From positions 127,162,001 through 127,226,000 of the forward strand of contig OZ024744.1 of NCBI GenBank assembly GCA_964016885.1: a stretch of DNA of 64,000 nt, written 5' to 3'. The position numbers were made by a program, and so were the translations under genes. Positions within the stretch are counted from its first letter, which is position 1. Each line of letters starts with the position of its first letter. Below are positions 37,601-51,170 of the stretch, in pieces. Origin of the DNA: Eledone cirrhosa. Lineage: Eukaryota. Below the pieces are notes generated by a model. It was not told where the DNA came from, did no database searches, and saw only the letters and a program-made list of their open reading frames with translations.

Positions 37601-40600
37601 GCGTTAAGTTAAGTTGGGGTTAAGTTAAGTTGGGGTTAAGTTAATTTGCGGTTAAGTTAGGTTGTGGGTTAAGTTAAGTTGGGGTTAAGTTAAGCTGGGG
37701 TTAAGTTGGGGTAAGTTAAGTTGGGGTAAGTTAAGTTGGGGTTAAGTTAAGTTGGGGTTAAGTTAAGTTGGGGTTGAGTTAAGTTGGGGTTGAGTTAAGT
37801 TGGGGTTGAGTTAAGTTGTGGTTGAGTTAAGTTGGGGTTAAGTTAAGTTGGGGTTAAGTTAAGTTGGGGTTAAGTTAAGTTGGGGGTAGCTTAAGTTGGG
37901 GGCAAGTTAAGTTGGGGTTAAGTTAAGTTGGGTTTAAGTTAAGTTGGGGCTAAGTTAAGTTGGGGCTAAGTTAAGTTGGGGCTGAGTTAAGTTGGGGTTA
38001 AGTTAAGTTGGGGTTGAGTTAAGTTGGGGTTATGTTAAGTTAGGGTTGAGTTAAGTTGGGGTTGCGTTAAGTTGGGGTTGAGTTAAGTTGGGGTTAAGTT
38101 AAGTTGGCGTTAAGTTAAGTTGGGGTTAAGTTAAGTTGGGGTTAAGTTAATTTGCGGTTAAGTTAGGTTGTGGGTTAAGTTAAGTTGGGGTTAAGTTAAG
38201 CTGGGGTTAAGTTGGAGTAAGTTAAGTTGGGGGTAAGTTAAGTTAGGGTTAAGTTAAGTTGGGGTTAAGTTAAGTTGGGGTTAAGTTAAGTTGGGGTTAA
38301 GTTAAGTTGGGGTTGAGTTAAGTTGGGGTTGAGTTAAGTTGGGGTTAAGTTAAGTTGGGGTTAAGTTAAGTTGGGGTTAAGTTAAGTTGGGGTTAAGTTA
38401 AGTTGGGGGTAAGTTAAGTTGGGGGTAAGTTAAGTTAGGGTTAAGTTAAGTTGGGGTTAAGTTAAGTTGGGGTTAAGTTGGGGTAAGTTAAGTTGGGGTT
38501 AAGTTAAGTTGGGGTTAAGTTAAGTTGGGGTTAAGTTAAGTTGGGGGTAAGTTAAGTTGGGGGCAAGTTAAGTTGGGGTTAAGTTAAGTTGGGGTTAAGT
38601 TAAGTTGGGGTTAAGTTAAGTTGGGGTTAAGTTAAGTTGGGGTTAAGTTAAGTTGGGGTTTTGTTAAGTTGGGGTTAAGTTAAGTTGGGGTTAAGTTAAA
38701 GTTGGGGTTAAGTTAAGTTGGGGTTAAGTTAAGTTAGGGTTAATTTCAGTTGGGGTTATGTTAAGTTGGGGTTAAGTTAAGTTGGGGTTAAGTTAAGTTG
38801 GGGGTAAGTTAAGTGGGGTGTAAGTTAAGTTGGGGTTAAGTTAAGTTGGGGTTCAGTTCAGTTGGGGTTAAGTTAAGTTGGAGTTAAGTTAAGCTGGGGG
38901 TAAGTTAAGTTGGGTGTAAGTTAAGTTGGGGTTAAGTTAAGTTGGGGTTAAGTTAAGTTGGGGGTTAGTTAAGTTGGGGGCAAGTTAAGTTGGGGTTAAT
39001 TTAAGTTGGGGTTAAGTTAAGTTGGGGTTATGTTAAGTTGGGGTTAAGTTAAGTTGGGGGTAAGTTAAGTTGAGGGTAAGTTAAGTTGGGGTTAAGTTAA
39101 GTTGGGGTTAAATTAAGTTGGGGGTAAGTTAAGTTGGGGGTAAGTTAAGTTGGGGTTAAGTTAAATTGGGGTAAATTTACGTTGGGGGTAAGATAAGTTG
39201 GGGCTAAGTTAAGTTGGGGCTAAGTCAAATGGGGTTAAGTCAAGTTGAGGTTAACTTAAGTTGGGGTTATGTTAAGTTGGGGTTAAGTTGGGGCTAAGTT
39301 AAGTTGGGGCTGAGTTAAGTTGGGGTTAAGTTAAGTTGGGGTTGAGTTAAGTTGGGGTTAAGTTAAGTTGGGGTTAAGTTAAGTTCGGCTTGAGTTAAGT
39401 TGGGGTTAAGTTAAGTTGGGGTTAATTTAAGTTGGGGTTAAGTTAAGTTGGTGTTAAGATAAGTTGGGGTTAAGTTAAGTTGGGGTTAAGTTAAGTTGGG
39501 GTTGAGTTAATTTGGGGTTAAGTTAAGTTGGGGTTAACTTAAGTTGGGGTTAAGTTGGGGTTAAGTTAAGTTGGGGTTAAGTTAAGTTGGGGGTAGGTTA
39601 AGTTGGGGGCAAGTTAAGTTGGGGTTAAGTTAAGTTGGGTTTAAGTTAAGTTGGGGCTAAGTTAAGTTGGGGCTAAGTTAAGTTGGGGCTGAGTTAAGTT
39701 GGGGTTAAGTTAAGTTGGGGTTGAGTTAAGTTGGGGTTGAGTTAAGTTGGGGTTAAGTTAAGTTGGCGTTAAGTTAAGTTGGGGTTGAGTTAAGTTGGGG
39801 TTAAGTTAAGTTGGGGTTAAGTTAATTTGCGGTTAAGTTAGGTTGTGGGTTAAGTTAAGTTGGGGTTAAGTTAAGCTGGGGTTAACTGGGGTAAGTTAAG
39901 TTGGGGTAAGTTAAGTTGGGGTTAAGTTAAGTTGGGGTTAAGTTAAGTTGGGGTTGAGTTAAGTTGGGGTTAAGTTAAGTTGGGGTTAAGTTAAGCTGGG
40001 GGTAAGTTGGGGTAAGTTAAGTTGGGGTAAGTTAAGTTGTGGTTAAGTTAAGTTGGGGTTAAGTTAATTTGCGGTTAAGTTAGGTTGTGGGTTAAGTTAA
40101 GTTGGGGTTAAGTTAAGCTGGGGTTAAGTTGGGGTAAGTTAAGTTGGGGTTAAGTTAAGTTGGGGTTAAGTTAAGTTGGGGTTAAGTTAAGTTGGGGGTA
40201 AGTTAAGTTGGGGGCAAGTTAAGTTGGGGTTAAGTTAAGTTGGGGTTAAGTTAAGTTGGGGTTAAGTTAAGTTGGGGTTAAGTTAAGTTGGGGTTAAGTT
40301 AAGTTGGGGTTAAGTTAAGTTAGGGTTAATTTCAGTTGGGGTTATGTTAAGTTGGGGTTAAGTTAAGTTGGGGTTAAGTTAAAGTTGGGGTTAAGTTAAG
40401 TTGGGGTTCAGTTGGGGTAAGTTAAGTTGGGGGTAAGTTAAGTTTGGGTTAAGTTAAGTTGGGGTTAAGTTAAGTTGGGGTTGAGTTAAGTTGGGGTTAA
40501 GTTAAGTTAGGGTTAATTTCAGTTGGGGTTATGTTAAGTTGGGGTTAAGTTAAGTTGGGGTTAAGTTAAAGTTGGGGTTAAGTTCAGTTGGGGTTAATTT

Positions 40601-40720
40601 CAGTTGGGGCTAAGTTAAGTTGGGGCTGAGTTAAGTTGGGGTTAAGTTAAGTTGGGGTTGAGTTAAGTTGGGGTTATGTTAAGTTAGGGTTGAATTAAGT
40701 TGGGGTTGAGTTAAGTTGGG
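26170..40720 (+). repeat. Tandem duplication of ~7.29 kb (copies ~26170-33450 and ~33460-40720)
   Basis: Offset 7289 for TAGCTT (27504->34793, 30598->37887), TTGCGTT (C 30776->38065) and TTTACGTT (C 31891->39180). Offset is 7273 at the distal end (GAATT 33419->40692). Confidence 0.92.
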
Positions 40721-43700
40721 GTTGAGTTAAGTTGGGGTTAAGTTAAGTTGGCGTTAAGTTAAGTTGGGGTTAAGTTAAGTTGGGGTTAAGTTAATTTGCG
40801 GTTAAGTTAGGTTGTGGGTTAAGTTAAGTTGGGGTTAAGTTAAGCTGGGGTTAAGTTGGGGTAAGTTAAGTTGGGGTTAAGTTAAGTTGGGGTTAAGTTA
40901 AGTTGGGGTTAAGTTAAGTTGGGGTTAAGTTAAGTTGGGGTTGAGTTAAGTTGGGGTTGAGTTAAGTTGGGGTTAAGTTAAGTTGGGGTTAAGTTAAGTT
41001 GGGGTTAAGTTAAGTTGGGGGTAAGTTAAGTTGGGGTTAAGTTAATTTGCGGTTAAGTTAGGTTGTGGGTTAAGTTAAGTTGGGGTTAAGTTAAGCTGGG
41101 GTTAAGTTGGGGTAAGTTAAGTTGGGGTTAAGTTAAGTTGGGGTTAAGTTAAGTTGGGGTTAAATTAAGTTGGGGTTAAGTTAAGTTGGGGTTATGTTAA
41201 GTTGGGGTTAAGTTAAGTTGCGGTTAAGTTAAGTTGGGGTTAAGTTAAGTTGGGGTTAAGTTAAGTTGGGGTTAAGTTAAGTTGGAGTTAAGTTAAGTTG
41301 GGGTTAACTTAAGTTGGGGTTAAGTTGGGGTTAAGTTAATTTGGGGTTAAGTTAAGTTGGGGGTTAGTTAAGTTGGGGGCAAGTTAATTGGGGTTAATTT
41401 AAGTTGGGGTTAAGTTAAGTTGGGGTTATGCTAAGTTGGGGTTAAGTTAAGTTGGGGTTAAGTTAAGTTGGGGGTAAGTTAAGTTGGGGTTAAGTTAAGT
41501 TGGGGGTAAGTTAAGTTGGGGGTAAGTTAAGTTGAGGGTAAGTTAAGTTGGGGTTAAGTTAAGTTGGGGTTAAATTGAGTTGGGGGTAAGTTAAGTTGGG
41601 GGTAAGTTAAGTTGGGGTTAAGTTAAGTTGGGGTTAAATTAAGTTGAGGTTAAGTTAAGTTGGGGTTAAGTTAAGTTGGGGTTAAGTTAAGTTGGGGGTA
41701 AGATAAGTTGGGGCTAAGTTAAGTTGGGGCTAAGTCAAGTTGGGGTTAAGTTAAGTTGGGGTTAAGTTAAGTTGGGGTTAAGGTAAGTTGGGGTTATGTT
41801 AAGTTGGGGCTAAGTTAAGTTGGGGCTAAGTTAAGTTGGGGCTGAGTTAAGTTGGGGTTAAGTTAAGTTGGGGTTGAGTTAAGTTGGGGTTAAGTTAAGT
41901 TGGGATTAAGTTAAGTTGGGGTTAAGTTAAGTTCGGCTTGAGTTAAGTTGGGGTTAAGTTAAGTTGGGGTTAATTTAAGTTGGGGTTAAGTTAAGTTGGG
42001 GTTAAGATAAGTTGGGGTTAAGTTAAGTTGGGGTTAAGTTAAGTTGGGGTTGAGTTAATTTGGGGTTAAGTTAAGTTGGGGTTAACTTAAGTTGGGGTTA
42101 AGTTGGGGTTAAGTTAAGTTGGGGTTAAGTTAAGTTGGGGGTAGGTTAAGTTGGGGGCAAGTTAAGTTGGGTTTAAGTTAAGTTGGGGTTAAGTTAAGTT
42201 GGGGGTAAGTTAAGTTGGGTTTAAGTTAAGTTGGGGTTAAGTTAAGTTGGGTTTAAGTTAAGTTGGGGCTAAGTTAAGTTGGGGCTAAGTTAAGTTGGGG
42301 CTGAGTTAAGTTGGGGTTAAGTTAAGTTGGGGTTGAGTTAAGTTGGGGTTATGTTAAGTTAGGGTTGAGTTAAGTTGGGGTTGAGTTAAGTTGGGGTTGA
42401 GTTAAGTAGGGGTTAAGTTAAGTTGGCGTTAAGTTAAGTTTGGGTTAAGTTAAGTTGGGGTCAAGTTAATTTGCGGTTAAGTTAGGTTGTGGGTTAAGTT
42501 AAGTTGGGGTTAAGTTAAGCTGGGGTTAAGTTGGGGTAAGTTAAGTTGGGGGTAAATTAAGTTGGGGTTAAGTTAAGTTGGGGTTAAGTTAAGTTGGGGT
42601 TGAGTTAAGTTGGGGTTGAGTTAAGTTGGGGTTGAGTTAAGTTGGGGTTGAGTTAAGTTGGGGTTAAGTTAAGTTGGGGTTAAGTTAAGTTGGGGGTAAG
42701 TTAAGTTGGGGTTAAGTTAAGTTGGGGTTAAGTTAAGTTGGGGTTAAGTTAAGTTGGGGTTAAGTTAAGTTGGGGTTTAGTTAAGTTGGGGGTTAGTTAA
42801 GTTGGGGGCAAGTTAAGTTAGGGTTAATTTAAGTTGGGGTTAAGTTAAGTTGGGGTTATGTTAAGTTGGGGTTAAGTTAAGTTGGGGTTAAGTTAAGTTG
42901 GGGGTAAGTTAAGTTGGGTGTAAGTTAAGTTGGGGTTAAGTTAAGTTGGGGTTAAGTTAAGTTGGGGGTTAGTTGAGTTGGGGGCAAGTTAAGTTGGGGT
43001 TATGTTAAGTTGGGGTTAAGTTAAGTTGGGGTTAAGTTAAGTTGGGGGTAAGTTAAGTTGGGGTTAAGTTAAGTTGGGGGTAAGTTAAGTTGAGGGTAAG
43101 TTAAGTTGGGGTTAAGTTAAGTTGGGGTTAAATTAAGTTGGGGGTAAGTTAAGTTGGGGGTAAGTTAAGTTGGGGTTAAGTTAAGTTGGGGTTAAATTAA
43201 GTTGAGGTTAAGTTAAGTTGGGGTTAAGTTAAATTGGGGTTAATTTAAGTTGGGGGTAAGATAAGTTGGGGTTAAGTTAAGTTGGGGTTAAGATAAGTTG
43301 GGGTTAAGTTAAGTTGGGGTTAAGTTAAGTTGGGGTTGAGTTAATTTGGGGTTAAGTTAAGTTGGGGTTAAGTTAAGTTGGGGTTAAGTTGGGGTTAAGT
43401 TAAGTTGGGGTTAAGTTAATTTGGGGGTAGGTTAAGTTGGGGGCAATTTAAGTTGGGGTTAAGTTAAGTTGGGGTTAAGTTAAGTTGGGTTTAAGTTAAG
43501 TTGGGGCTAAGTTAAGTTGGGGCTAAGTTAAGTTGGGGCTGAGTTAAGTTGGGGTTAAGTTAAGTTGGGGTTGAGTTAAGTTGGGGTTATGTTAAGTTAG
43601 GGTTGAGTTAAGTTGGGGTTGAGTTAAGTTGGGGTTGAGTTAAGTTGGGGTTAAGTTAAGTTGGCGTTAAGTTAAGTTGGGGTTAAGTTAAGTTGGGGTT

Positions 43701-46700
43701 AAGTTAATTTGCGGTTAAGTTAGGTTGTGGGTTAAGTTAAGTTGGGGTTAAGTTAAGCTGGGGTTAAGTTGGGGTAAGTTAAGTTGGGGTTAAGTTAAGT
43801 TGGGGTTAAGTTAAGTTGGGGTTAAGTTAAGTTGGGGTTAAGTTAAGTTGGGGTTAAGTTAAGTTGGGGTTGAGTTAAGTTGGGGTTGAGTTAAGTTGGG
43901 GTTAAGTTAAGTGGGGTTAAGTTAAGTTGGGGTTAAGTTAAGTTGGGGGTAAGTTAAGTTGGGGTTAAGTTAATTTGCGGTTAAGTTAGGTTGTGGGTTA
44001 AGTTAAGTTGGGGTTAAGTTAAGCTGGGGTTAAGTTGGGGTAAGTTAAGTTGGGGTTAAGTTAAGTTGGGGTTAAGTTAAGTTGGGGTTAAATTAAGTTG
44101 GGGTTAAGTTAAGTTGGGGTTATGTTAAGTTGGGGTTAAGTTAAGTTGCGGTTAAGTTAAGTTGGGGTTAAGTTAAGTTGGGGTTAAGTTAAGTTGGGGT
44201 TAAGTTAAGTTGGAGTTAAGTTAAGTTGGGGTTAACTTAAGTTGGGGTTAAGTTGGGGTTAAGTTAAGTTGGGGTTAAGTTAAGTTGGGGGTTAGTTAAG
44301 TTGGGGGCAAGTTAAGTTGGGGTTAATTTAATTTGGGGTTAAGTTAAGTTGGGGTTATGCTAAGTTGGGGTTAAGTTAAGTTGGGGTTAAGTTAAGTTGG
44401 GGGTAAGTTAAGTTGGGGTTAAGTTAAGTTGGGGGTAAGTTAAGTTGGGGGTAAGTTAAGTTGAGGGTAAGTTAAGTTGGGGTTAAGTTAAGTTGGGGTT
44501 AAATTGAGTTGGGGGTAAGTTAAGTTGGGGGTAAGTTAAGTTGGGGTTAAGTTAAGTTGGGGTTAAGTTAAGTTGGGGTTAAGTTAAGGTGGGGGTAAGT
44601 TAAGTTGGGGTTAAGTTAATTTGCGGTTAAGTTAGGTTGTGGGTTAAGTTAAGTTGGGGTTAAGTTAAGCTGGGGTTAAGTTGGGGTAAGTTAAGTTGGG
44701 GTTAAGTTGAGTTGGGGTTAAGTTAAGTTGGTGTTAAGTTAAGTTGGGGGTAAGTTAAGTTGGGGTTAAGTTAAGTTGGGGTTAAGTTAAGTTGGGGTTA
44801 AGTTAAGTTGGGGGTAAGATAAGTTGGGGCTAAGTTAAGTTGGGGCTAAGTCAAGTTGGGGTTAAGTCAAGTTGAGGTTAACTTAAGTTGGGGTTAAGTT
44901 AAGTTGGGGTTAAGTTAAGTTGGGGTTAAGGTAAGTTGGGGTTAAGTTAAGTTGGGGCTAAGTTAAGTTGGGGCTAAGTTAAGTTGGGGCTGAGTTAAGT
45001 TGGGGTTAAGTTGGGTTTGAGTTAATTTGGGGTTAAGTTAAGTTGGGATTAAGTTAAGTTGGGGTTAAGTTAAGTTCGGGTTGAGTTAAGTTGGGGTTAA
45101 GTTAAGTTGGGGTTAATTTAAGTTGGGGTTAAGTTAAGTTGGGGTTAAGATAAGTTGGGGTTAAGTTAAGTTGGGGTTAAGTTAAGTTGGGGTTGAGTTA
45201 ATTTGGGGTTAAGTTAAGTTGGGGTTAACTTAAGTTTGGGTTAAGTTAAGTTGGGGTTAAATTAAGTTGGGGGTAAGTTAAGTTGGGTGCAAGTTGAGTT
45301 GGGGTTAAGTTAAGTTGGGGTTAAGTTAAGGTGGGGGTAAGTTAAGTTGGGGGTAAGTTAAGTTGGGGTTAAGTTAAGTTGGGGTTAAGTTAAGTTGGGT
45401 TTAAGTTAAGTTGGGGCTAAGTTAAGTTGGGGCTAAGTTAAGTTGGGGTTAAGTTAAGTTGGGGGTAGGTTAAGTTGGGGTTAAGTTAAGCTGGGGTTAA
45501 GTTGGGGTAAGTTAAGTTGGGGGTAAGTTAAGTTGGGGTTAAGTTATGTTGGGGTTAAGTTAAGTTGGGGTTAAGTTAAGTTGGGGTTAAGTTAAGTTGG
45601 GGTTAAGTTAAGTTGGGGGTTAGTTAAGTTGGGGGCAAGTTAAGTTGGGGTTAATTTAAGTTGGGGTTAAGTTAAGTTGGGGTTATGTTAAGTTGGGGTT
45701 AAGTTAAGTTGGGGTTAAGTTAAGTTGGGGGTAAGTTAAGTTGGGGTTAAGTTAAGTTGGGGGTAAGTTAAGTTGAGGGTAAGTTAAGTTGGGGTTAAGT
45801 TAAGTTGGGGTTAAATTAAGTTGGGGGTAAGTTAAATTGGGGGTAAGTTAAGTTGGGGTTAAGTTAAGTTGGGGTTAATTTAAGTTGAGGTTAAGTTAAG
45901 TTGGGGTTAAGTTAAATTGGGGTTAATTTAAGTTGGGGGTAAGATAAGTTGGGGCTAAGTTAAGTTGGGGCTAAGTCAAGTTGGGGTTAAGTCAAGTTGA
46001 GGTTAACTTAAGTTGGGGTTATGTTAAGTTGGGGTTAAGTTGGGGCTAAGTTAAGTTGGGGCTGAGTTAAGTTGGGGTTAAGTTAAGTTGGGGTTGAGTT
46101 AAGTTGGGGTTAAGTTAAGTTGGGATTAAGTTAAGTTGGGGTTAAGTTAAGTTCGGCTTGAGTTAAGTTGGGGTTAAGTTAAGTTGGGGTTAATTTATTG
46201 TTGGGGTTAAGTTAAGTTGGGGTTAAGATAAGTTGGGGTTAAGTTAAGTTGGGGTTAAGTTAAGTTGGGGTTGAGTTAATTTGGGGTTAAGTTAAGTTGG
46301 GGTTAACTTAAGTTGGGGTTAAGTTGGGGTTAAGTTAAGTTGGGATTAAGTTAAGTTGGGGGTAGGTTAAGTTGGGGGCAAGTTAAGTTGGGTTTAAGTT
46401 AAGTTGGGGCTAAGTTAAGTTGGGGCTAAGTTAAGTTGGGGCTGAGTTAAGTTGGGGTTAAGTTAAGTTGGGGTTGAGTTAAGTTGGGGTTGAGTTAAGT
46501 TGGGGTTATGTTAAGTTAGGGTTGAGTTAAGTTGGGGTTGAGTTAAGTTGGGGTTGAGTTAAGTTGGGGTTAAGTTAAGTTGGCGTTAAGTTAAGTTGGG
46601 GTTAAGTTAAGTTGGGGTTAAGTTAATTTGCGGTTAAGTTAGGTTGTGGGTTAAGTTAAGTTGGGGTTAAGTTAAGCTGGGGTTAAGTTGGGGTAAGTTA

Positions 46701-49700
46701 AGTTGGGGTTAAGTTAAGTTGGGGTTAAGTTAAGTTGGGGTTAAGTTAAGTTGGGGGTAAGTTAAGTTGGGGGCAAGTTAAGTTGGGGTTAAGTTAAGTT
46801 GGAGTTAAGTTGGGGTTAAGTTAAGTTGGGGTTAAGTTAAGTTGGGGTTAAGTTAAGTTAGGGTTAATTTCAGTTGGGGTTATGTTAAGTTGGGGATAAG
46901 TTAAGTTGGGGTTAAGTTAAAGTTGGGGTTAAGTTAAGTTGGGGTTAAGTTAAGTTAGGGTTAATTTCAGTTGGGGTTATGTTAAGTTAGGGTTAAGTTA
47001 AGTTGGGGTTAAGTTAAGTTGGAGGTAAGTTAAGTGGGGTGTAAGTTAAGTTGGGGTTAAGTTAAGTTGGGGTTCAGTTCAGTTGGGGTTATGTTAAGTT
47101 GGGGTTAAGTTAAGCTGGGGGTAAGTTAAGTTGGGTGTAAGTTAAGTTGGGGTTAAGTTAAGTTGGGGTTAAGTTAAGTTGGGGGTTAGTTAAGTTGGGG
47201 GCAAGTTAAGTTGGGGTTAATTTAAGTTGGGGTTAAGTTAAGTTGGGGTTATGTTAAGTTGGGGTTAAGTTAAGCTGGGGTTAAGTTAAGTTGGGGGTAA
47301 GTTAAGTTGGGGTTAAGTTAAGTTGGGGGTAAGTTAAGTTGAGGGTAAGTTAAGTTGGGGTTAAGTTAAGTTGGGGTTAAATTAAGTTGGGGGTAAGTTA
47401 AGTTGGGGGTAAGTTAAGTTGGGGTTAAGTTAAGTTGGGGTTAAATTAAGTTGAGGTTAAGTTAAGTTGGGGTTAAGTTAAATTGGGGTTAATTTAAGTT
47501 GGGGGTAAGATAAGTTGGGGTTAAGTTAAGTTGGGGTTAAGATAAGTTGGGGTTAAGTTAAGTTGGGGTTAAGTTAAGTTGGGGTTGAGTTAATTTGGGG
47601 GTAGGTTAAGTTGGGGGCAAGTTAAGTTGGGGTTAAGTTAAGTTGGGGTTAAGTTAAGTTGGGTTTAAGTTAAGTTGGGGCTAAGTTAAGTTGGGGCTAA
47701 GTTAAGTTGGGGCTGAGTTAAGTTGGGGTTAAGTTAAGTTGGGGTTGAGTTAAGTTGGGGTTATGTTAAGTTAGGGTTGAATTAAGTTGGGGTTGAGTTA
47801 AGTTGGGGTTGAGTTAAGTTGGGGTTAAGTTAAGTTGGCGTTAAGTTAAGTTGGGGTTAAGTTAAGTTGCGGTTAAGTTAATTTGCGGTTAAGTTAGGTT
47901 GTGGGTTAAGTTAAGTTGGGGTTAAGTTAAGCTGGGGTTAAGTTGGGGTAAGTTAAGTTGGGGTTAAGTTAAGTTGGGGTTAAGTTAAGTTGGGGTTAAG
48001 TTAAGTTGGGGTTAAGTTAAGTTGGGGTTGAGTTAAGTTGGGGTTGAGTTAAGTTGGGGTTAAGTTAAGTTGGGGTTAAGTTAAGTTGGGGTTAAGTTAA
48101 GTTGGGGGTAAGTTAAGTTGGGGTTAAGTTAATTTGCGGTTAAGTTAGGTTGTGGGTTAAGTTAAGTTGGGGTTAAGTTAAGCTGGGGTTAAGTTGGGGT
48201 AAGTTAAGTTGGGGTTAAGTTAAGTTGGGGTTAAGTTAAGTTGGGGTTAAATTAAGTTGGGGTTAAGTTAAGTTGGGGTTATGTTAAGTTGGGGTTAAGT
48301 TAAGTTGCGGTTAAGTTAAGTTGGGGTTAAGTTAAGTTGGGGTTAAGTTAAGTTGGGGTTAAGTTAAGTTGGAGTTAAGTTAAGTTGGGGTTAACTTAAG
48401 TTGGGGTTAAGTTGGGGTTAAGTTAAGTTGGGGTTAAGTTAAGTTGGGGGTTAGTTAATTTGGGGGCAAGTTAATTGGGGTTAATTTAAGTTGGGGTTAA
48501 GTTAAGTTGGGGTTATGCTAAGTTGGGGTTAAGTTAAGTTGGGGTTAAGTTAAGTTGGGGGTAAGTTAAGTTGGGGTTAAGTTAAGTTGGGGGTAAGTTA
48601 AGTTGGGGGTAAGTTAAGTTGAGGGTAAGTTAAGTTGGGGTTAAGTTAAGTTGGGGTTAAATTGAGTTGGGGGTAAGTTAAGTTGGGGGTAAGTTAAGTT
48701 GGGGTTAAGTTAAGTTGGGGTTAAATTAAGTTGAGGTTAAGTTAAGTTGGGGTTAAGTTAAGTTGGGGTTAAGTTAAGTTGGGGGTAAGATAAGTTGGGG
48801 CTAAGTTAAGTTGGGGCTAAGTCAAGTTGGGGTTAAGTTAAGTTGGGGTTAAGTTAAGTTGGGGTTAAGGTAAGTTGGGGTTATGTTAAGTTGGGGCTAA
48901 GTTAAGTTGGGGCTAAGTTAAGTTGGGGCTGAGTTAAGTTGGGGTTAAGTTAAGTTGGGGTTGAGTTAAGTTGGGGTTAAGTTAAGTTGGGATTAAGTTA
49001 AGTTGGGGTTAAGTTAAGTTCGGCTTGAGTTAAGTTGGGGTTAAGTTAAGTTGGGGTTAATTTAAGTTGGGGTTAAGTTAAGTTGGGGTTAAGATAAGTT
49101 GGGGTTAAGTTAAGTTGGGGTTAAGTTAAGTTGGGGTTGAGTTAATTTGGGGTTAAGTTAAGTTGGGGTTAACTTAAGTTGGGGTTAAGTTGGGGTTAAG
49201 TTAAGTTGGGGTTAAGTTAAGTTGGGGGTAGGTTAAGTTGGGGGCAAGTTAAGTTGGGGTTAAGTTAAGTTGGGGTTAAGTTAAGTTGGGGGTAAGTTAA
49301 GTTGGGTTTAAGTTAAGTTGGGGTTAAGTTAAGTTGGGTTTAAGTTAAGTTGGGGCTAAGTTAAGTTGGGGCTAAGTTAAGTTGGGGCTGAGTTAAGTTG
49401 GGGTTAAGTTAAGTTGGGGTTGAGTTAAGTTGGGGTTATGTTAAGTTAGGGTTGAGTTAAGTTGGGGTTGAGTTAAGTTGGGGTTGAGTTAAGTAGGGGT
49501 TAAGTTAAGTTGGCGTTAAGTTAAGTTTGGGTTAAGTTAAGTTGGGGTCAAGTTAATTTGCGGTTAAGTTAGGTTGTGGGTTAAGTTAAGTTGGGGTTAA
49601 GTTAAGCTGGGGTTAAGTTGGGGTAAGTTAAGTTGGGGGTAAATTAAGTTGGGGTTAAGTTAAGTTGGGGTTAAGTTAAGTTGGGGTTGAGTTAAGTTGG

Positions 49701-51170
49701 GGTTGAGTTAAGTTGGGGTTGAGTTAAGTTGGGGTTGAGTTAAGTTGGGGTTAAGTTAAGTTGGGGTTAAGTTAAGTTGGGGGTAAGTTAAGTTGGGGTT
49801 AAGTTAAGTTGGGGTTAAGTTAAGTTGGGGTTAAGTTAAGTTGGGGTTAAGTTAAGTTGGGGTTTAGTTAAGTTGGGGGTTAGTTAAGTTGGGGGCAAGT
49901 TAAGTTGGGGTTAATTTAAGTTGGGGTTAAGTTAAGTTGGGGTTATGTTAAGTTGGGGTTAAGTTAAGTTGGGGTTAAGTTAAGTTGGGGGTAAGTTAAG
50001 TTGGGTGTAAGTTAAGTTGGGGTTAAGTTAAGTTGGGGTTAAGTTAAGTTGGGGGTTAGTTAAGTTGGGGGCAAGTTAAGTTGGGGTTATGTTAAGTTGG
50101 GGTTAAGTTAAGTTGGAGTTAAGTTAAGTTGGGGGTAAGTTAAGTTGGGGTTAAGTTAAGTTGGGGGTAAGTTAAGTTGAGGGTAAGTTAAGTTGGGGTT
50201 AAGTTAAGTTGGGGTTAAATTAAGTTGGGGGTAAGTTAAGTTGGGGGTAAGTTAAGTTGGGGTTAAGTTAAGTTGGGGTTAAATTAAGTTGAGGTTAAGT
50301 TAAGTTGGGGTTAAGTTAAATTGGGGTTAATTTAAGTTGTGGGTAAGATAAGTTGGGGTTAAGTTAAGTTGGGGTTAAGATAAGTTGGGGTTAAGTTAAG
50401 TTGGGGTTAAGTTAAGTTGGGGTTGAGTTAATTTGGGGTTAAGTTAAGTTGGGGTTAAGTTAAGTTGGGGTTAAGTTGGGGTTAAGTTAAGTTGGGGTTA
50501 AGTTAATTTGGGGGTAGGTTAAGTTGGGGGCAATTTAAGTTGGGGTTAAGTTAAGTTGGGGTTAAGTTAAGTTGGGTTTAAGTTAAGTTGGGGCTAAGTT
50601 AAGTTGGGGCTAAGTTAAGTTGGGGCTGAGTTAAGTTGGGGTTAAGTTAAGTTGGGGTTGAGTTAAGTTGGGGTTATGTTAAGTTAGGGTTGAGTTAAGT
50701 TGGGGTTGAGTTAAGTTGGGGTTAAGTTAAGTTGGCGTTAAGTTAAGTTGGGGTTAAGTTAAGTTGGGGTTAAGTTAATTTGCGGTTAAGTTAGGTTGTG
50801 GGTTAAGTTAAGTTGGGGTTAAGTTAAGCTGGGGTTAAGTTGGGGTAAGTTAAGTTGGGGTTAAGTTAAGTTGGGGTTAAGTTAAGTTGGGGTTAAATTA
50901 AGTTGGGGTTAAGTTAAGTTGGGGTTATGTTAAGTTGGGGTTAAGTTAAGTTGCGGTTAAGTTAAGTTGGGGTTAAGTTAAGTTGGGGTTAAGTTAAGTT
51001 GGGGTTAAGTTAAGTTGGAGTTAAGTTAAGTTGGGGTTAACTTAAGTTGGGGTTAAGTTGGGGTTAAGTTAAGTTGGGGTTAAGTTAAGTTGGGGGTTAG
51101 TTAAGTTGGGGGCAAGTTAAGTTGGGGTTAATTTAAGTTGGGGTTAAGTTAAGTTGGGGTTATGCTAAGT
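40600..51170 (+). repeat. Second domain of type A units (~7.06-7.09 kb period), paralogous to the start of the window
   Basis: AGTAGGGG 4977->42407 and AAGTGGGG 6481->43911 (offset 37430); GGTGTT 245->44730; TAATTTATTG 1722->46191; internal period from AGTAGGGG 42407->49494 (7087). Confidence 0.85.
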
